Positions 47,920-58,347 are shown, counted from the stretch's first letter. The stretch is DNA of 64,000 nt from Candidatus Methanophagales archaeon (GCA_030602585.1 JAUVZJ010000004.1:279-64278), one strand, 5' to 3'. Translations and numbers: made by a program. Notes: generated by a model not told the origin, from the sequence alone.

Positions 47920-48894
47920 TTATTGGTTCAATTCCTCAAAAACCAATACCGCAGTAATCAAATCCTCGAAAGCAACGCCAGTTGATTTGAAGAATGTTAT
48001 ATCCTCTTCGCTCGTCCTGCCCTTTGCTTTACCGAGCAATACATCACCCAGAGGAATCAAATCCTCCCTTTCTACTATTCCTTTCTCTAATCCTCGATAT
48101 ATCTCACCCGAATGCATACACTGCGATAGCATATCAACGAATATCCTGGACTTTTTCAGCACTTCCGGGTCGAATTCTATCTTCGTTTTCGAATCCGCAC
48201 CAACGCCATTAAGATGCGTACCGGGACTTATCAGTTCAGAGTAAATGAAAGGTTCCGTGGCTGTGGTTACCGTTGTAACTATGTCAGAATCCACAGCGTC
48301 TTCCAGACCGACAACAGTTATATCAACACCAAATTCGGTTTCATATTTCTCTTTAAAATCTATCGCTTGTTGTTCTGTGATATTAAACGCCTTTATTCTA
48401 TCAATAGAAGGTCTTACCGTCAGTACTGCCTTAGCCTGGTAAGGGGCTTGCTTTCCCGTGCCTATAATACCGAGCGTTTCGCAATCTCTCCTCGATAACG
48501 CTTCGGTAGCAACACCCGTAGCAGCACCGGTTCTATACGCAGTCATCTCCTCCGCCTGCATTATCGCAATTAATTGCTGCGTTTCGGCATCCCTGAGCAA
48601 ATATTCACCCAATACCGTAGGCAAACCGAGTTTTTTATTCTCAGGCGCAGCAGAAACAATCTTAACGCCGCAATAATTGGAATTGTAGTTCGGCAGATAC
48701 GCCGGCATACATCTCATGTCAGATACTTCTGTATCAACGAACACCTTTTCAGGCACTACAATGTGCCCTGAAGAGCATTGCTCGAACCCTCTTTTCATCT
48801 CGGAAATGAAAACCTTCCAGCCTATGCCCTCTATCGTTTCTTTTAGCTCTTCATCTGTTATAAGAAAAGCATCCAAGTCTTTTATTTTTTTCAT
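47920..48894 (-). CDS. ornithine cyclodeaminase / mu-crystallin family protein (possibly alanine dehydrogenase)
   Basis: OCD/mu-crystallin Rossmann motif (IIGTGKQA) and overall similarity. Confidence 0.65.
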   Translation of the reverse strand: MKKIKDLDAFLITDEELKETIEGIGWKVFISEMKRGFEQCSSGHIVVPEKVFVDTEVSDMRCMPAYLPNYNSNYCGVKIVSAAPENKKLGLPTVLGEYLLRDAETQQLIAIMQAEEMTAYRTGAATGVATEALSRRDCETLGIIGTGKQAPYQAKAVLTVRPSIDRIKAFNITEQQAIDFKEKYETEFGVDITVVGLEDAVDSDIVTTVTTATEPFIYSELISPGTHLNGVGADSKTKIEFDPEVLKKSRIFVDMLSQCMHSGEIYRGLEKGIVEREDLIPLGDVLLGKAKGRTSEEDITFFKSTGVAFEDLITAVLVFEELNQ

Positions 48895-48974
48895 TGTGTT
48901 TAATTTGTTTGGTTAAATTCAGTAAAAAAATGCTTTCTTAAAAATTACCGCGCATCTACGAGGATATTTCGAAG

Positions 48975-50198
48975 TTAGAGTTCGGATTTTACATGTTTTA
49001 ACTTCAGCAGTGTATCACCGAATTCCGAAGGAATGATCCCGGTAGCACCCATCGTCTTCGGATGAAGGTCAATCTCAAGCACCGCATGGTCATGCCCCAG
49101 CCATTTCAACGGCTCGATTGTTCTCGGACCGTTAGTAACCGAAAATATCTCCATTTTTATACCATACTTCTCCAAAGGCACTGCATGTGGAATACCCAAT
49201 AAAACAGCAAAATCGTAATCCCCATTTACATCCCCGGGGTTATAAAAGTCTCGGATTAAAGCAGCCGCTTTCTCGCCTGCAACCGGATACTCATCCAACC
49301 CGCCGATTACATGGTCTATTTCGATACCATCGGTGGCTAATTCGTCCAGAATTTTCTCCGAATAGCCCCGAATCTTTTTCAAGCCTACTTCTATATCAAG
49401 ATTAGCGATATTGACGATTTGCGAAGGCGCGGCGATTTTATTCAGAGCCCTTAAAATGTCTGCAAACATAAAAACCGTCTCTTTCTTCGCATTTAAAACG
49501 CATATTCCCCTTTTACCCTTACCAATAAGCTCAAGCAGCCTGTTTGCAACGTCTATTTTAGAATCCCCTTTAGACGGCGGTATATAACTTTTGCATGCTG
49601 CTCCAACTTCTTTCTCTAACGTCGTTGCCACTTCAAGCATTCTCTTCTGCCGCTCAAACTCCTCACCGCTAATTATACCTGATTTATAAGCCGATTCCAA
49701 AGTCAGGATAACGCCCACAGTGTTGTCCCGGTATCCAGCATGCACGTTCACCGATATCACCTTGCATCTCGCGCCTACTCCACTGTCCTCTACCGCTTGA
49801 TATATGTCTTCGCCTATTATCATACTCGAACAGGTGCCTATCACACCCATCAACTCCGGATGAAACATCTCTTCTGCTTTTCTCAGCACCCGCACGAGAG
49901 ATTCATGCCCGCCGAACACAAAATTGCTTTCGTTCATCGCAGAGGTTAAGACATGCATCCCGTCTTCTTCAAGCAGCCGGCTGTGTTTGAAACTACATCC
50001 CGCGGGACCATGCATAACTGCAACTTCTACATCCAGATCGCGGAGCGTATAAAGTGCGGCTACTATCGCATTCGGTCTCGGATGCAGTATCATTTCTATC
50101 TCCATTTCCTCGCTCATACTCTTGTCATCCTCCTTTTTATCCTCTTTTCGTGAAAAAGGTTCTGCTAATAAAAAAGTTTTTATTATATAAAGTCCCAC
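48975..50198 (-). CDS. cfbD: nitrogenase NifD/K-like oxidoreductase, probable Ni-sirohydrochlorin a,c-diamide reductive cyclase component CfbD
   Basis: Nitrogenase component-1 fold; clustered with the Mur-ligase-like cfbE and hemD/cobA; the N-terminal ~26 codons of the ORF are probably not translated. Confidence 0.6.
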   Translation of the reverse strand: MGLYIIKTFLLAEPFSRKEDKKEDDKSMSEEMEIEMILHPRPNAIVAALYTLRDLDVEVAVMHGPAGCSFKHSRLLEEDGMHVLTSAMNESNFVFGGHESLVRVLRKAEEMFHPELMGVIGTCSSMIIGEDIYQAVEDSGVGARCKVISVNVHAGYRDNTVGVILTLESAYKSGIISGEEFERQKRMLEVATTLEKEVGAACKSYIPPSKGDSKIDVANRLLELIGKGKRGICVLNAKKETVFMFADILRALNKIAAPSQIVNIANLDIEVGLKKIRGYSEKILDELATDGIEIDHVIGGLDEYPVAGEKAAALIRDFYNPGDVNGDYDFAVLLGIPHAVPLEKYGIKMEIFSVTNGPRTIEPLKWLGHDHAVLEIDLHPKTMGATGIIPSEFGDTLLKLKHVKSEL

Positions 50199-50215
50199 TT
50201 ATATTCGGTGGGAAT

Positions 50216-50449
50216 ATGGAAGCAAAAATAGATGCAAAAGGCAGGGTTCTGATCCCTCAACCGGTTAGGGAAAAATTGCAAATCAAAGAAGGAATGCTCT
50301 TTTCAATTGAAGAAAAAGCGGATGTGATCCTACTAAGACCAAAAAGGGAGAAAAAGAGAAAAATAGAAGATTTTTTTGGTCTAAAAGTGGAAAGAACGGG
50401 GAGACCTGAATGGGCAACACCAAAAGAGATAAAGAGTATCTGGGAGTAG
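50216..50449 (+). CDS. vapB: AbrB/SpoVT-domain antitoxin (VapB-like)
   Basis: MEAKIDAKGRVLIPQPVREKLQIKEG swapped-hairpin motif. Confidence 0.65.
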   Translation: MEAKIDAKGRVLIPQPVREKLQIKEGMLFSIEEKADVILLRPKREKKRKIEDFFGLKVERTGRPEWATPKEIKSIWE

Positions 50450-50859
50450 ATACAAATGTATTGGTGGCTTTCCTGGATAAAGAACATCCAGATAACCCGA
50501 AGACAAAAATATTGGCGAAACACCGAAGTTATAATGCAGTAAATCCAACTATTATCCACGAAGCCTACCACACGTTGGTTTATAAGCAAAAATGGAGGCG
50601 TGAGGATGCTAAAAATACACTGAGCGATTACATAGATTTGGACACAATACTATTCCTGGATCAAACAAAGAAAATAACGAAATTAGGATTAGCAATAGGG
50701 GCAAAATACGGATTAGGAGGTAGAGATTCTTTGATATTAGCGAACTTTATTTCAAATTCTATAAAAGGGATGGTGACCTTTGACGGGGAGATATTGAACG
50801 TTAAGGAACTCCTGATAGCAGAGAAAAGATTAGAAATAAAACTGCCTATGGATTTGTAG
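50410..50859 (+). CDS. vapC: PIN domain toxin (VapC-like)
   Basis: LGVDTNVLVAFLD and downstream acidic residues; overlaps vapB. Confidence 0.7.
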   Translation: MGNTKRDKEYLGVDTNVLVAFLDKEHPDNPKTKILAKHRSYNAVNPTIIHEAYHTLVYKQKWRREDAKNTLSDYIDLDTILFLDQTKKITKLGLAIGAKYGLGGRDSLILANFISNSIKGMVTFDGEILNVKELLIAEKRLEIKLPMDL

Positions 50860-50928
50860 GTATTAAAATAAATCAGTAGGAGGAATGAGGATAAAGTTTT
50901 CGAATATTTGTTTTCATTGCATAACCAT

Positions 50929-52272
50929 TCACCTCCACGTCTTCACATTAGATATAATCACAAAACCTTCTTCCGAATCGTTGATGGCTTTTTCCAATGC
51001 CGCATCCAGACCAGTAGAAAAAAACACGTTCTCACCTACTATTTTACCCTGAAATTCCTCGCCTACGATTATTATCTCAACGAAATCCGATGCTCTATTC
51101 TCAACCACTCTTTTCAGTTCTTCCACACTCACACACTCACACACGTATTGTGATTCCTCTCCAACAATCAGAATCATCTTTTCTGAAATCCGCCTCGCAT
51201 CTTCGGTTATCTCATCGAGGAACTTCAATTTCGTGCCTGAATTGGAATTGTCAATTAAAAACCGCCCTTTTATCTTCTCAACTTTCATCCTGCCTTTTAC
51301 CGCGGAAATATCTTCCGTATTGACCTCCGCAGGTGGGATGCCAAGGCTCAAAACGGTGCAAAAAGCCGCCTCCAGGGATTTCCTGTAATATTCCGTGCCG
51401 ATATAAGAATTAAAAGGTCTGAACGCCATTTCGCCACTTATAAAATCACCGTTTATGGTTCTTAGCCTGTTAAAAGTGACTTTGTTTCCACCTCCATATA
51501 GCCACAGGTTTTTATCTTCATCACCATAAGTATTTCCGCCAACGTTTACATCGGATAAACCCGGATGGATCACGATACTTTTGTCCCTGTCTTCGTAGTT
51601 CTTTATTGATGCTTTTTTTACCGCAGATGCTTCTTTTGTGCCTCCTGCAATTCTATAATCCTCTTTCAGGCTTGTTATCACTCCTACATCGCCTATTCCC
51701 GTTAAACCGAGCGAGATTTCAAATACCGCTATATCCGGCTTCAAATTCTTTTCGCTCGCTATGTTCATCACTTTCAACACACTCGCAGGCGTGCCGCTTA
51801 GCCTGGGAAATCGTATCTCTTCTCCTGCCGATTTGAACCTTGTGGAAGAACTGGTATGCGAAAGAACTTTTTTGTTTTTTAGTAGCTGACATATCAGCTC
51901 GCAGACCGCGGTTTTCCCAACCGTCCCTGTTACTTCAATCACATTTATATCAGCGAACAGGTTTTTTATGGCTGCAATCTCTTTCACCGCTTCGTGATGG
52001 CTCATAAAAGGTATGTTATTCTTTAAAGCCTGTTTTACAATTTCAAAGTTCGGATTCAGATGAACCGGTGCGATAACCAAATCGCAATCCAAATCGTTAA
52101 AAAAGGTTTGTTGCGAAGCATGCGCAGCGTTTTTGGTCAAACTTTTTTTAAAAGTTTGATATGGATTAAATATCTCCGCTTCTTTTCCAAGTTCTTTCAA
52201 CACTTCTGCAATAACTTCTGCCCCGTGAATCGGGTCTAAAACTAATATTCTGGATGATTCCTTTATATTCAT
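50929..52272 (-). CDS. cfbE: Mur-ligase-family protein, probable coenzyme F430 synthetase CfbE
   Basis: Mur ligase ATP-binding motif (VTGTVGKTAV) and domain layout; adjacent to cfbD. Confidence 0.6.
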   Translation of the reverse strand: MNIKESSRILVLDPIHGAEVIAEVLKELGKEAEIFNPYQTFKKSLTKNAAHASQQTFFNDLDCDLVIAPVHLNPNFEIVKQALKNNIPFMSHHEAVKEIAAIKNLFADINVIEVTGTVGKTAVCELICQLLKNKKVLSHTSSSTRFKSAGEEIRFPRLSGTPASVLKVMNIASEKNLKPDIAVFEISLGLTGIGDVGVITSLKEDYRIAGGTKEASAVKKASIKNYEDRDKSIVIHPGLSDVNVGGNTYGDEDKNLWLYGGGNKVTFNRLRTINGDFISGEMAFRPFNSYIGTEYYRKSLEAAFCTVLSLGIPPAEVNTEDISAVKGRMKVEKIKGRFLIDNSNSGTKLKFLDEITEDARRISEKMILIVGEESQYVCECVSVEELKRVVENRASDFVEIIIVGEEFQGKIVGENVFFSTGLDAALEKAINDSEEGFVIISNVKTWR

Positions 52273-52697
52273 TCTTTATTATTCTCTAAGACCTCTTTGA
52301 CGGCTCCAAAAAACCCTTTTACGACTCCCCTCACCACTTCCACCGCCTTATCACCCGCTTCTTTTGCGGAGTCCAGAGCTGCTTCTGCGGCATGTTCCGC
52401 AAGGTCAGCGGCTTTGACACCAGCCTGCTTCGTCCCCTCAATTATGCCCTCGGCAGCACCTTTGGTGACCTCAACGGCCTCCACTTTTGCCTTCCGTGCA
52501 CCTTCGATCGCACCTTTCATTGCATCTTTAGCCACAGATTCCACTCTCTCCCGTGTAATTTCGGCTTCCTCCAATGCCTTCTTAACGGCATCCCTGGCAA
52601 TCTCACCTATCTTTTCCTTTATGTCTTCTCCTTTTTCAATCGCTTTCACCACGGCTTCTCTAACAGTTCTTATTACTTCGCTCTCTTTTTCTTCCAT
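52269..52697 (-). CDS. Ala/Glu/Lys-rich helical repeat protein (hypothetical)
   Basis: Start at MEEKESE; low-complexity amphipathic repeats; ATGA overlap with cfbE. Confidence 0.35.
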   Translation of the reverse strand: MEEKESEVIRTVREAVVKAIEKGEDIKEKIGEIARDAVKKALEEAEITRERVESVAKDAMKGAIEGARKAKVEAVEVTKGAAEGIIEGTKQAGVKAADLAEHAAEAALDSAKEAGDKAVEVVRGVVKGFFGAVKEVLENNKE

Positions 52698-52805
52698 GAT
52701 TTTTACCTCCTTTATCCTTAATGGCCATAAGGAAGTGAATGAGAAAAACTTTTCTGGAAAAAGCAAACATACCTATTTATATTAAATATGATATTTATAA
52801 TAATT

Positions 52806-53246
52806 ATGATAGATTCAAAAGCAAAATCCGCTGGGTATGAAAACCCCGTGGAGCGTGCGGTCAGGCGAGTGAAAGTGATGATGATGAACTGGGGCTTCGG
52901 AGAAGGCTGCAGCTTCATCTATGCCGTGCTTATCACATCCCGTGAGCCGCTATCCGCAGAAGAAATAGGCAAAAAAACTAACTACGCCTATTCTTCGACC
53001 ATAAATTATCTTAATACGCTCATACGGATGGGTTTAGTGGAGCGTGTCAGAAGCATCAGAAAGAACCTGTACGTGGCAAACGTGAACTTCGTGGAGATGA
53101 TAAAAGCAGAACGGGAGAAGGTTAAGGCTTATCTCAACCTGCTTGGCGCTGACCTCGATGGAATAAAAGACCTCGAACATCTCAGGGAGAAAGTTGAACG
53201 TGCAATCGCCTATCTAAGAAGAGTTGAAAGCGCAGCGGATAAGTAG
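52806..53246 (+). CDS. winged-helix transcriptional regulator (paralogue of 7802..8314)
   Basis: Same wHTH family; lies upstream of a radical SAM gene. Confidence 0.45.
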   Translation: MIDSKAKSAGYENPVERAVRRVKVMMMNWGFGEGCSFIYAVLITSREPLSAEEIGKKTNYAYSSTINYLNTLIRMGLVERVRSIRKNLYVANVNFVEMIKAEREKVKAYLNLLGADLDGIKDLEHLREKVERAIAYLRRVESAADK

Positions 53247-53257
53247 GAAGAATAAAG

Positions 53258-54856
53258 ATGAATAAAAATGGAATATTATCCAAAAAAACGGACGGAAGTC
53301 CTAAAATCGTGCTTACTGCGGATGAGACGATGATGAGCAGGTATCGTTGGGGGATATTTGTAGGGTTCTCTACCTGCATGCCACAGGGTATTATCCCGGA
53401 TTGGTTTTATTTCAAAATCTTCTCACCGTCGGTACCGAGGAAAAACGGCAGAGCTTTGTATGCCGACTTCGGACTCCGAATTGTGGAGGCTTCTTTAGCA
53501 GAAGTGTTCGGCGAGGACGAAGTCGCGGTTGTTCACCCGCAGGATTTGGAGCTTGTGGCTGGTAGCGGGACGGAAATAATAGGAATTAGTGGACATGATT
53601 TCTTAGGCATCAATCCACCGTCTTCGGAGTTCGTTGATATGCTCGACATCGGACCGCCTTACAACCGTGTGAAATTCTTTGAATTGATGAAGAAGCCGAT
53701 AATGAAGGAGAAAATAGTTGTGGCAGGTGGTAAAGCCGCATGGCAGTTAGAGGATGAGACGATTATGGACAAACTGAATATTGATTATGTCCACCTTGGC
53801 GAGGGTGAAATTACCGTTCCTGAATTGTTTAAAGCTATACTTGAGGGTGAGAAACTGCCGAGGATAATAAAAGGAATAGAGCCAGACGTAGAAGAGATAC
53901 CAAACATCCGAGGTGCCACAATCCACGGTTTGGTCGAGATAGGCAGGGGCTGTGGAAGAGGCTGCTCTTTCTGCACCCCGGGCATGCAGAGGCTCCGCTT
54001 TAAATCCGTTGAGCATATTGTAAGGGATGTGAAGATAAATATAGAAGCGGGGCAGAGGGCAATCTCTCTTCATTCCGAGGATGTCCTGCGTTACGGTGCG
54101 AAAGGGATAGCGACAGATGATGCGCGTGTACTGAACCTGTTCAGGCGTGTTGCCGCCGTAGAAGGAATTGAGGGTGTTGGAGCGAGTCATGTAGCCCTCG
54201 CTACTGTCTATCATAATCCCGGTCTCGTTAATGAAGTTTCCGAAACATGCTACTCCATGTTCAATCAGGATTGGACGGGTGCGCAAACAGGGATAGAGAC
54301 CGGAAGTGCAAGACTGATTGCGAAGCACATGCGTGGTAAAGCGTTGCCATCATCCGCAGAGAAGTGGCAGGAGATAGTCACACAGGCTTTCGGTATCCTC
54401 GATGATAATAACTGGTTCAACGCAGCAACAATGATAAACGGTCTTCCGGGTGAAACTGCGGATGATGTAATCGAAAGCATAGAACTGGTAGAGGATTTGA
54501 AAGGGACTTCTTCTCTTATCGTGCCAATGAACTTCGTGTCAATGCGTGATTCCGCTTTAGATAGCAATGGGTCTTTTACCATGAAGAAGATGACACCGGA
54601 GCACTGGCAGCTCATGGGTGAATGCATAGACCATAATCTGAATGTCATGCCTGAACTCCTAAGAATATACAAGAACACCAAAGGGGAGTTCACTAAAAGC
54701 TGGTTACTTTGCGTTACGGCAACACGTATAGCTAATGCGCTGAAGAAATATGTGAACAGGATGAAGAGGGGTGAGCCGCCAACAGAACGTAGAGAAGTGA
54801 GCAAATGGCTCAATCCCGATATACCAGACCTGAAAATCACAAATCCAAAAGACTGA
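53258..54856 (+). CDS. radical SAM protein with N-terminal B12-binding-like domain
   Basis: CGRGCSFC Cx3Cx2C motif; preceding Rossmann-like domain; 532 aa. Confidence 0.6.
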   Translation: MNKNGILSKKTDGSPKIVLTADETMMSRYRWGIFVGFSTCMPQGIIPDWFYFKIFSPSVPRKNGRALYADFGLRIVEASLAEVFGEDEVAVVHPQDLELVAGSGTEIIGISGHDFLGINPPSSEFVDMLDIGPPYNRVKFFELMKKPIMKEKIVVAGGKAAWQLEDETIMDKLNIDYVHLGEGEITVPELFKAILEGEKLPRIIKGIEPDVEEIPNIRGATIHGLVEIGRGCGRGCSFCTPGMQRLRFKSVEHIVRDVKINIEAGQRAISLHSEDVLRYGAKGIATDDARVLNLFRRVAAVEGIEGVGASHVALATVYHNPGLVNEVSETCYSMFNQDWTGAQTGIETGSARLIAKHMRGKALPSSAEKWQEIVTQAFGILDDNNWFNAATMINGLPGETADDVIESIELVEDLKGTSSLIVPMNFVSMRDSALDSNGSFTMKKMTPEHWQLMGECIDHNLNVMPELLRIYKNTKGEFTKSWLLCVTATRIANALKKYVNRMKRGEPPTERREVSKWLNPDIPDLKITNPKD

Positions 54857-54918
54857 AATTCAAATAAAAACCATTTACTTTTATATACCCCTCAATTAAT
54901 ATATCTCTTCGATACGAT

Positions 54919-55281
54919 ATGAACAAAGAAAAAAAAGAGGTGAAAGAGATGGATATAAAGAAGAAATACGGGTTTGCATTTACGCTTTGTTTGCTCTTGC
55001 TTCTTGCGGGAGTGGGTGTTGCGTCTGCGCAAGAAGAAGCAGCAGAAACAGCGGGAGGAGCCACGGATAGCGGATGGATAGCAATAGCGGCGGGTATTGC
55101 AATGGCGGGAGCGGCACTTGGTGCAGGTATTGGAGTAGCAGCTACTGGAACCGCAGCTGCTGGAGCTACTGCGGAGAAGCCCGAAGTGTTTGGTCGTGTT
55201 CTGATTTTCGTGGCTCTTGCAGAAGCGATTGCTATATACGGGCTTTTGATTGCGTTCATGCTCTGGACGAAGATAGAATAG
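54919..55281 (+). CDS. A/V-type ATP synthase proteolipid (c/K subunit)-like protein with N-terminal extension
   Basis: [46 protein letters not shown] hairpin with conserved carboxylate; about 50-aa N-terminal extension with a signal-like helix; no other ATPase genes nearby. Confidence 0.55.
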   Translation: MNKEKKEVKEMDIKKKYGFAFTLCLLLLLAGVGVASAQEEAAETAGGATDSGWIAIAAGIAMAGAALGAGIGVAATGTAAAGATAEKPEVFGRVLIFVALAEAIAIYGLLIAFMLWTKIE

Positions 55282-55325
55282 CGCATAACACTCAGCTCAA
55301 TGCAAAATGTAGAGTAGAATGTAAA

Positions 55326-55547
55326 ATGCAAAATAGGAATATTTTTTTTCACGCCCTTCCATACGCTATTCTTATTTCCGCTCTCACCGTCCTCGGTTTA
55401 TTCGGCGGTTTTGAACTCGGTAAAGGATCAGGAGGTAGTATAGCGGGCTTCGCCTTCTCTTTCTTTTTCGCCTTTCTCGGCTTCTTCCTCGGATTGCTTA
55501 TTTCTTACCACCTCGTGAAGGAGAAGTATCCGATGAAAGATTTGTAA
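55326..55547 (+). CDS. small two-TM membrane protein (hypothetical)
   Basis: 73-aa ORF from MQNRN with two hydrophobic helices, immediately downstream of the c-subunit-like gene. Confidence 0.3.
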   Translation: MQNRNIFFHALPYAILISALTVLGLFGGFELGKGSGGSIAGFAFSFFFAFLGFFLGLLISYHLVKEKYPMKDL

Positions 55548-55562
55548 AAAGTTTGTGACACC

Positions 55563-56996
55563 TCATGAATTTTTCGCCTTCTGCTCGCCTATTATTCTAT
55601 CAAGAATGGCTATGAATTTCTCCTCAGACCCCTCGGGAATGGACGCCCCCGATGCAACAGGATGTCCACCGCCAAAACCTCCTACTTCTTTCGACGCTTT
55701 CTCCATTACCTTTGCAAGGTCTATTCCCTCGCCTTCTCCCTCCGATGCTGATAGCAGTTTCTTATTACACCTCGCAGATATTCTCGTTTCCGCCTTTACT
55801 CCTTCCTCTACTCCGTTTTTCTTGTTTAACACGATTACAGGCTTATCAGTGTATAGATATTCCGCCACTATTCCAGCTAAAACGCCAGTTATACCTTTCT
55901 CATGCACGTAAAAATAGAAAATATTTGGTAGCTCTTTTATAATACCCTCTCCGCTTTCTATTCTATTCAACTCAGAAACAAGTTTGCTTTGAAACTTTAC
56001 GTATAGCGAATTTGCTTCTTCTATCATTCGCTCCTCCCGCAGGCACAGTCCTATTCCAATCCCCGCTTTTCCAAACCGACCACAAGCATCCACCATTCTC
56101 ATAAAGTCTATCCCATTCCTCACCACCTCAGAATTTAAAATATACGTGGTTCCAACCAGAGCGTCCTCACTGATGCCTGTTTTAGATTCTCTTAATAGTG
56201 ATACCAAAGCAGTAGTCAACCGCCTTTCCTCTTCCTCCTCTAAATCGCTTACCTTCTTATCGCCTTCTATACCTACCTTATTCAGAAAAGCATCCACCCA
56301 CTCCACCTTACCCACGAGCGGAATATATGGGTCAGTAGAGAGAAGAATCAAATCCCGAATTTTTCCATCGCCGAACTTCAACCCCTTTTTAACAGAAATA
56401 ACACCTTCTTTTATTGCATCATCCAAAATCATTTTGTTTATTCCGCTATTCAGCTCCAGTTTATCGCCTAATGTCCCAGCTACCGCAAGTCCGGCGAGGT
56501 CTATGTTATCCTTATCGTCACCTGACATGTACCTTGCCACGAGATAAGAGATACCGGCAGCGCAAATCTCACCGCCTATTTCACTTTCCATCTCTCGCTC
56601 CCCTTTCCCTTTCACGCTTTTCACGCTTTTCACGCTAAGGCAACAAGGATTTATGAGCACCAAAGAGGATGCCTGAGATGTCGGAGCTGATGTCAAAGGC
56701 TCATGATGGTCTATGATTATCACATCCTTCTCTTTGAGATACTCCAATATCAAATCTACTTGCGCAGTGCCCATGTCGCAAAATATAATAAGATCCTCAT
56801 TTAACCCTTGAATAAAAGGGCGCTCCAGTTTGTTTACGATACTCGTATGGAACTGCATCCCTCTTCGAAGCAAGGCGTTACAGATAATCCCCGCAGCGGT
56901 TATCCCATCTGCGTCGTAATGCGAGATTACCCTTGCGTATTCGTGTTCTTTTATTATCTCCGCTGCCTTTTCCGCGCTCTTTTGCAATGCCCTCAT
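55563..56996 (-). CDS. DHH-family RecJ-like exonuclease (archaeal GAN/Cdc45-like)
   Basis: DHH motifs (SHYDADGITAAGI; IIDHHEP) and DHHA1 C-terminal domain. Confidence 0.75.
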   Translation of the reverse strand: MRALQKSAEKAAEIIKEHEYARVISHYDADGITAAGIICNALLRRGMQFHTSIVNKLERPFIQGLNEDLIIFCDMGTAQVDLILEYLKEKDVIIIDHHEPLTSAPTSQASSLVLINPCCLSVKSVKSVKGKGEREMESEIGGEICAAGISYLVARYMSGDDKDNIDLAGLAVAGTLGDKLELNSGINKMILDDAIKEGVISVKKGLKFGDGKIRDLILLSTDPYIPLVGKVEWVDAFLNKVGIEGDKKVSDLEEEEERRLTTALVSLLRESKTGISEDALVGTTYILNSEVVRNGIDFMRMVDACGRFGKAGIGIGLCLREERMIEEANSLYVKFQSKLVSELNRIESGEGIIKELPNIFYFYVHEKGITGVLAGIVAEYLYTDKPVIVLNKKNGVEEGVKAETRISARCNKKLLSASEGEGEGIDLAKVMEKASKEVGGFGGGHPVASGASIPEGSEEKFIAILDRIIGEQKAKNS

Positions 56997-57098
56997 GTCA
57001 TCATAATAAATGCTAAACGTATCAAGTAATATCGCTAAAGCATTGCCAAAAGAAAAAGTTTTCTTTAATAAACTCCTTTTTAAATAAAAATTTTGGCA

Positions 57099-57216
57099 GG
57101 GCGTGTGGCCTAGTTAGGACATGGCGGCAGCCTCCTAACAAACTTTTAAAAAAGTTTGATTAAAATGCAAAATGGGAGAAAGCTGCAAATCACGGGTTCA
57201 AATCCCGTCACGCCCG
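57099..57216 (+). tRNA. tRNA-Arg (anticodon CCT) with ~43-nt anticodon-loop intron
   Basis: Acceptor GGGCGTG/CACGCCC; T-arm ACGGG-TTCAAAT-CCCGT; anticodon stem GCAGC/GCTGC separated by loop CTCCTAA plus a 43-nt insert containing the hairpin AAACTTTTAAAAAAGTTT; TATA-like TTTAAATA upstream. Confidence 0.65.
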
Positions 57217-57477
57217 TACTTGTGCACGTATCTTTTCGCTGTCCACTACTATAACGTCCTTTATTGCTTTAACCGCATCAAACGGTATAATGATATAATC
57301 GTCCTCCTTTCTGAACCCGCTTGTGTTAAGTTCCGCAGCAGGTTTAACCACGAGTCCTGTCAACATACCCGTCCCTGCATCTGCTACTATGTTCTGATAT
57401 ACTCCCACTTCGCTACCCTCTGAGTCCACAACCTTTTTATCATCCAACTTCTGTGCTGATATTTTTTCCATTTTCAA
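57208..57477 (-). CDS. PRC-barrel domain protein
   Basis: 89 aa; GMLTGLVVKPAAE...YIIIPFDAV PRC-barrel signature. Confidence 0.55.
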   Translation of the reverse strand: MKMEKISAQKLDDKKVVDSEGSEVGVYQNIVADAGTGMLTGLVVKPAAELNTSGFRKEDDYIIIPFDAVKAIKDVIVVDSEKIRAQVRA

Positions 57478-57507
57478 TCTCCTCCCTTTTTACACTTTCA
57501 ATTTTTT

Positions 57508-58347
57508 TCATTTTTCTTCCTCACTTCGCAATTTGTCACGTAGCTTTAAAAAATGTTTGTTTCGTATTCTCACAAAAAAAGCAGGCTCGCCTCTCGTAAT
57601 ACTAATCCTGTCCTCTTTCCCTATCTCCCTGTAAAACTGCCCATCTATGACCAACTCGGCATCTTTCACCCCAAAGAGGTTTAAACTTATCGCCCTGTTT
57701 ATATCTACGACTGTGGGTCTTGTAGAAAGTTTGTAAGGCGCAATTGGCACTATTATGGTTGCATCCACCTTTGAGTCAACTATGGGTCCGCCAGCACTCA
57801 TCGAGTACGCAGTGCTTCCTGTGGGAGTTGCAAAAATAACGCCGTCTGCTCTTAACCGCTCTAACTCCTCACCATCCACAAATATGGCGAAATGTAGCAT
57901 TTTCCCAGGCTTAGATGTTATTACCACCGCTTCATTCATCGCATAAGGCACCCTTCCCATTTTACCTTTTACTTCCACCGAAAGCCTTTCCCTGCACTCA
58001 ACTTCAAACCCCTCTAATATCCCCGTGAGTGTAGAAACGGCATTTTCTGGCTGCACTTCCGCTAAAAAGCCTATCGCCCCCATATTTATCCCTAACACCG
58101 GTATGGGGCTTTTTAAAGAATGAAGTGCCCTTAAAATTGTACCGTCACCTCCGACGCAGATCAGAAAATCCACGTCCATCTCTTCTATTTTCATACCCGG
58201 CTTTTTGAGCTTATAAGCCGTCTCTTCGTCCAGTATAACCTCACATCTTTTATCTATACACTCAATCAGCCTCTTTAATACTGATACATCCCCATCCTCG
58301 CCCCTGCATACTATCCCAATGCGTTTCGGCTGAATTAAGTTGTTCAT
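57508..58347 (-). CDS. nadK: NAD kinase
   Basis: GDGTILRA and NE/D short motif; 279 aa. Confidence 0.85.
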   Translation of the reverse strand: MNNLIQPKRIGIVCRGEDGDVSVLKRLIECIDKRCEVILDEETAYKLKKPGMKIEEMDVDFLICVGGDGTILRALHSLKSPIPVLGINMGAIGFLAEVQPENAVSTLTGILEGFEVECRERLSVEVKGKMGRVPYAMNEAVVITSKPGKMLHFAIFVDGEELERLRADGVIFATPTGSTAYSMSAGGPIVDSKVDATIIVPIAPYKLSTRPTVVDINRAISLNLFGVKDAELVIDGQFYREIGKEDRISITRGEPAFFVRIRNKHFLKLRDKLRSEEEK

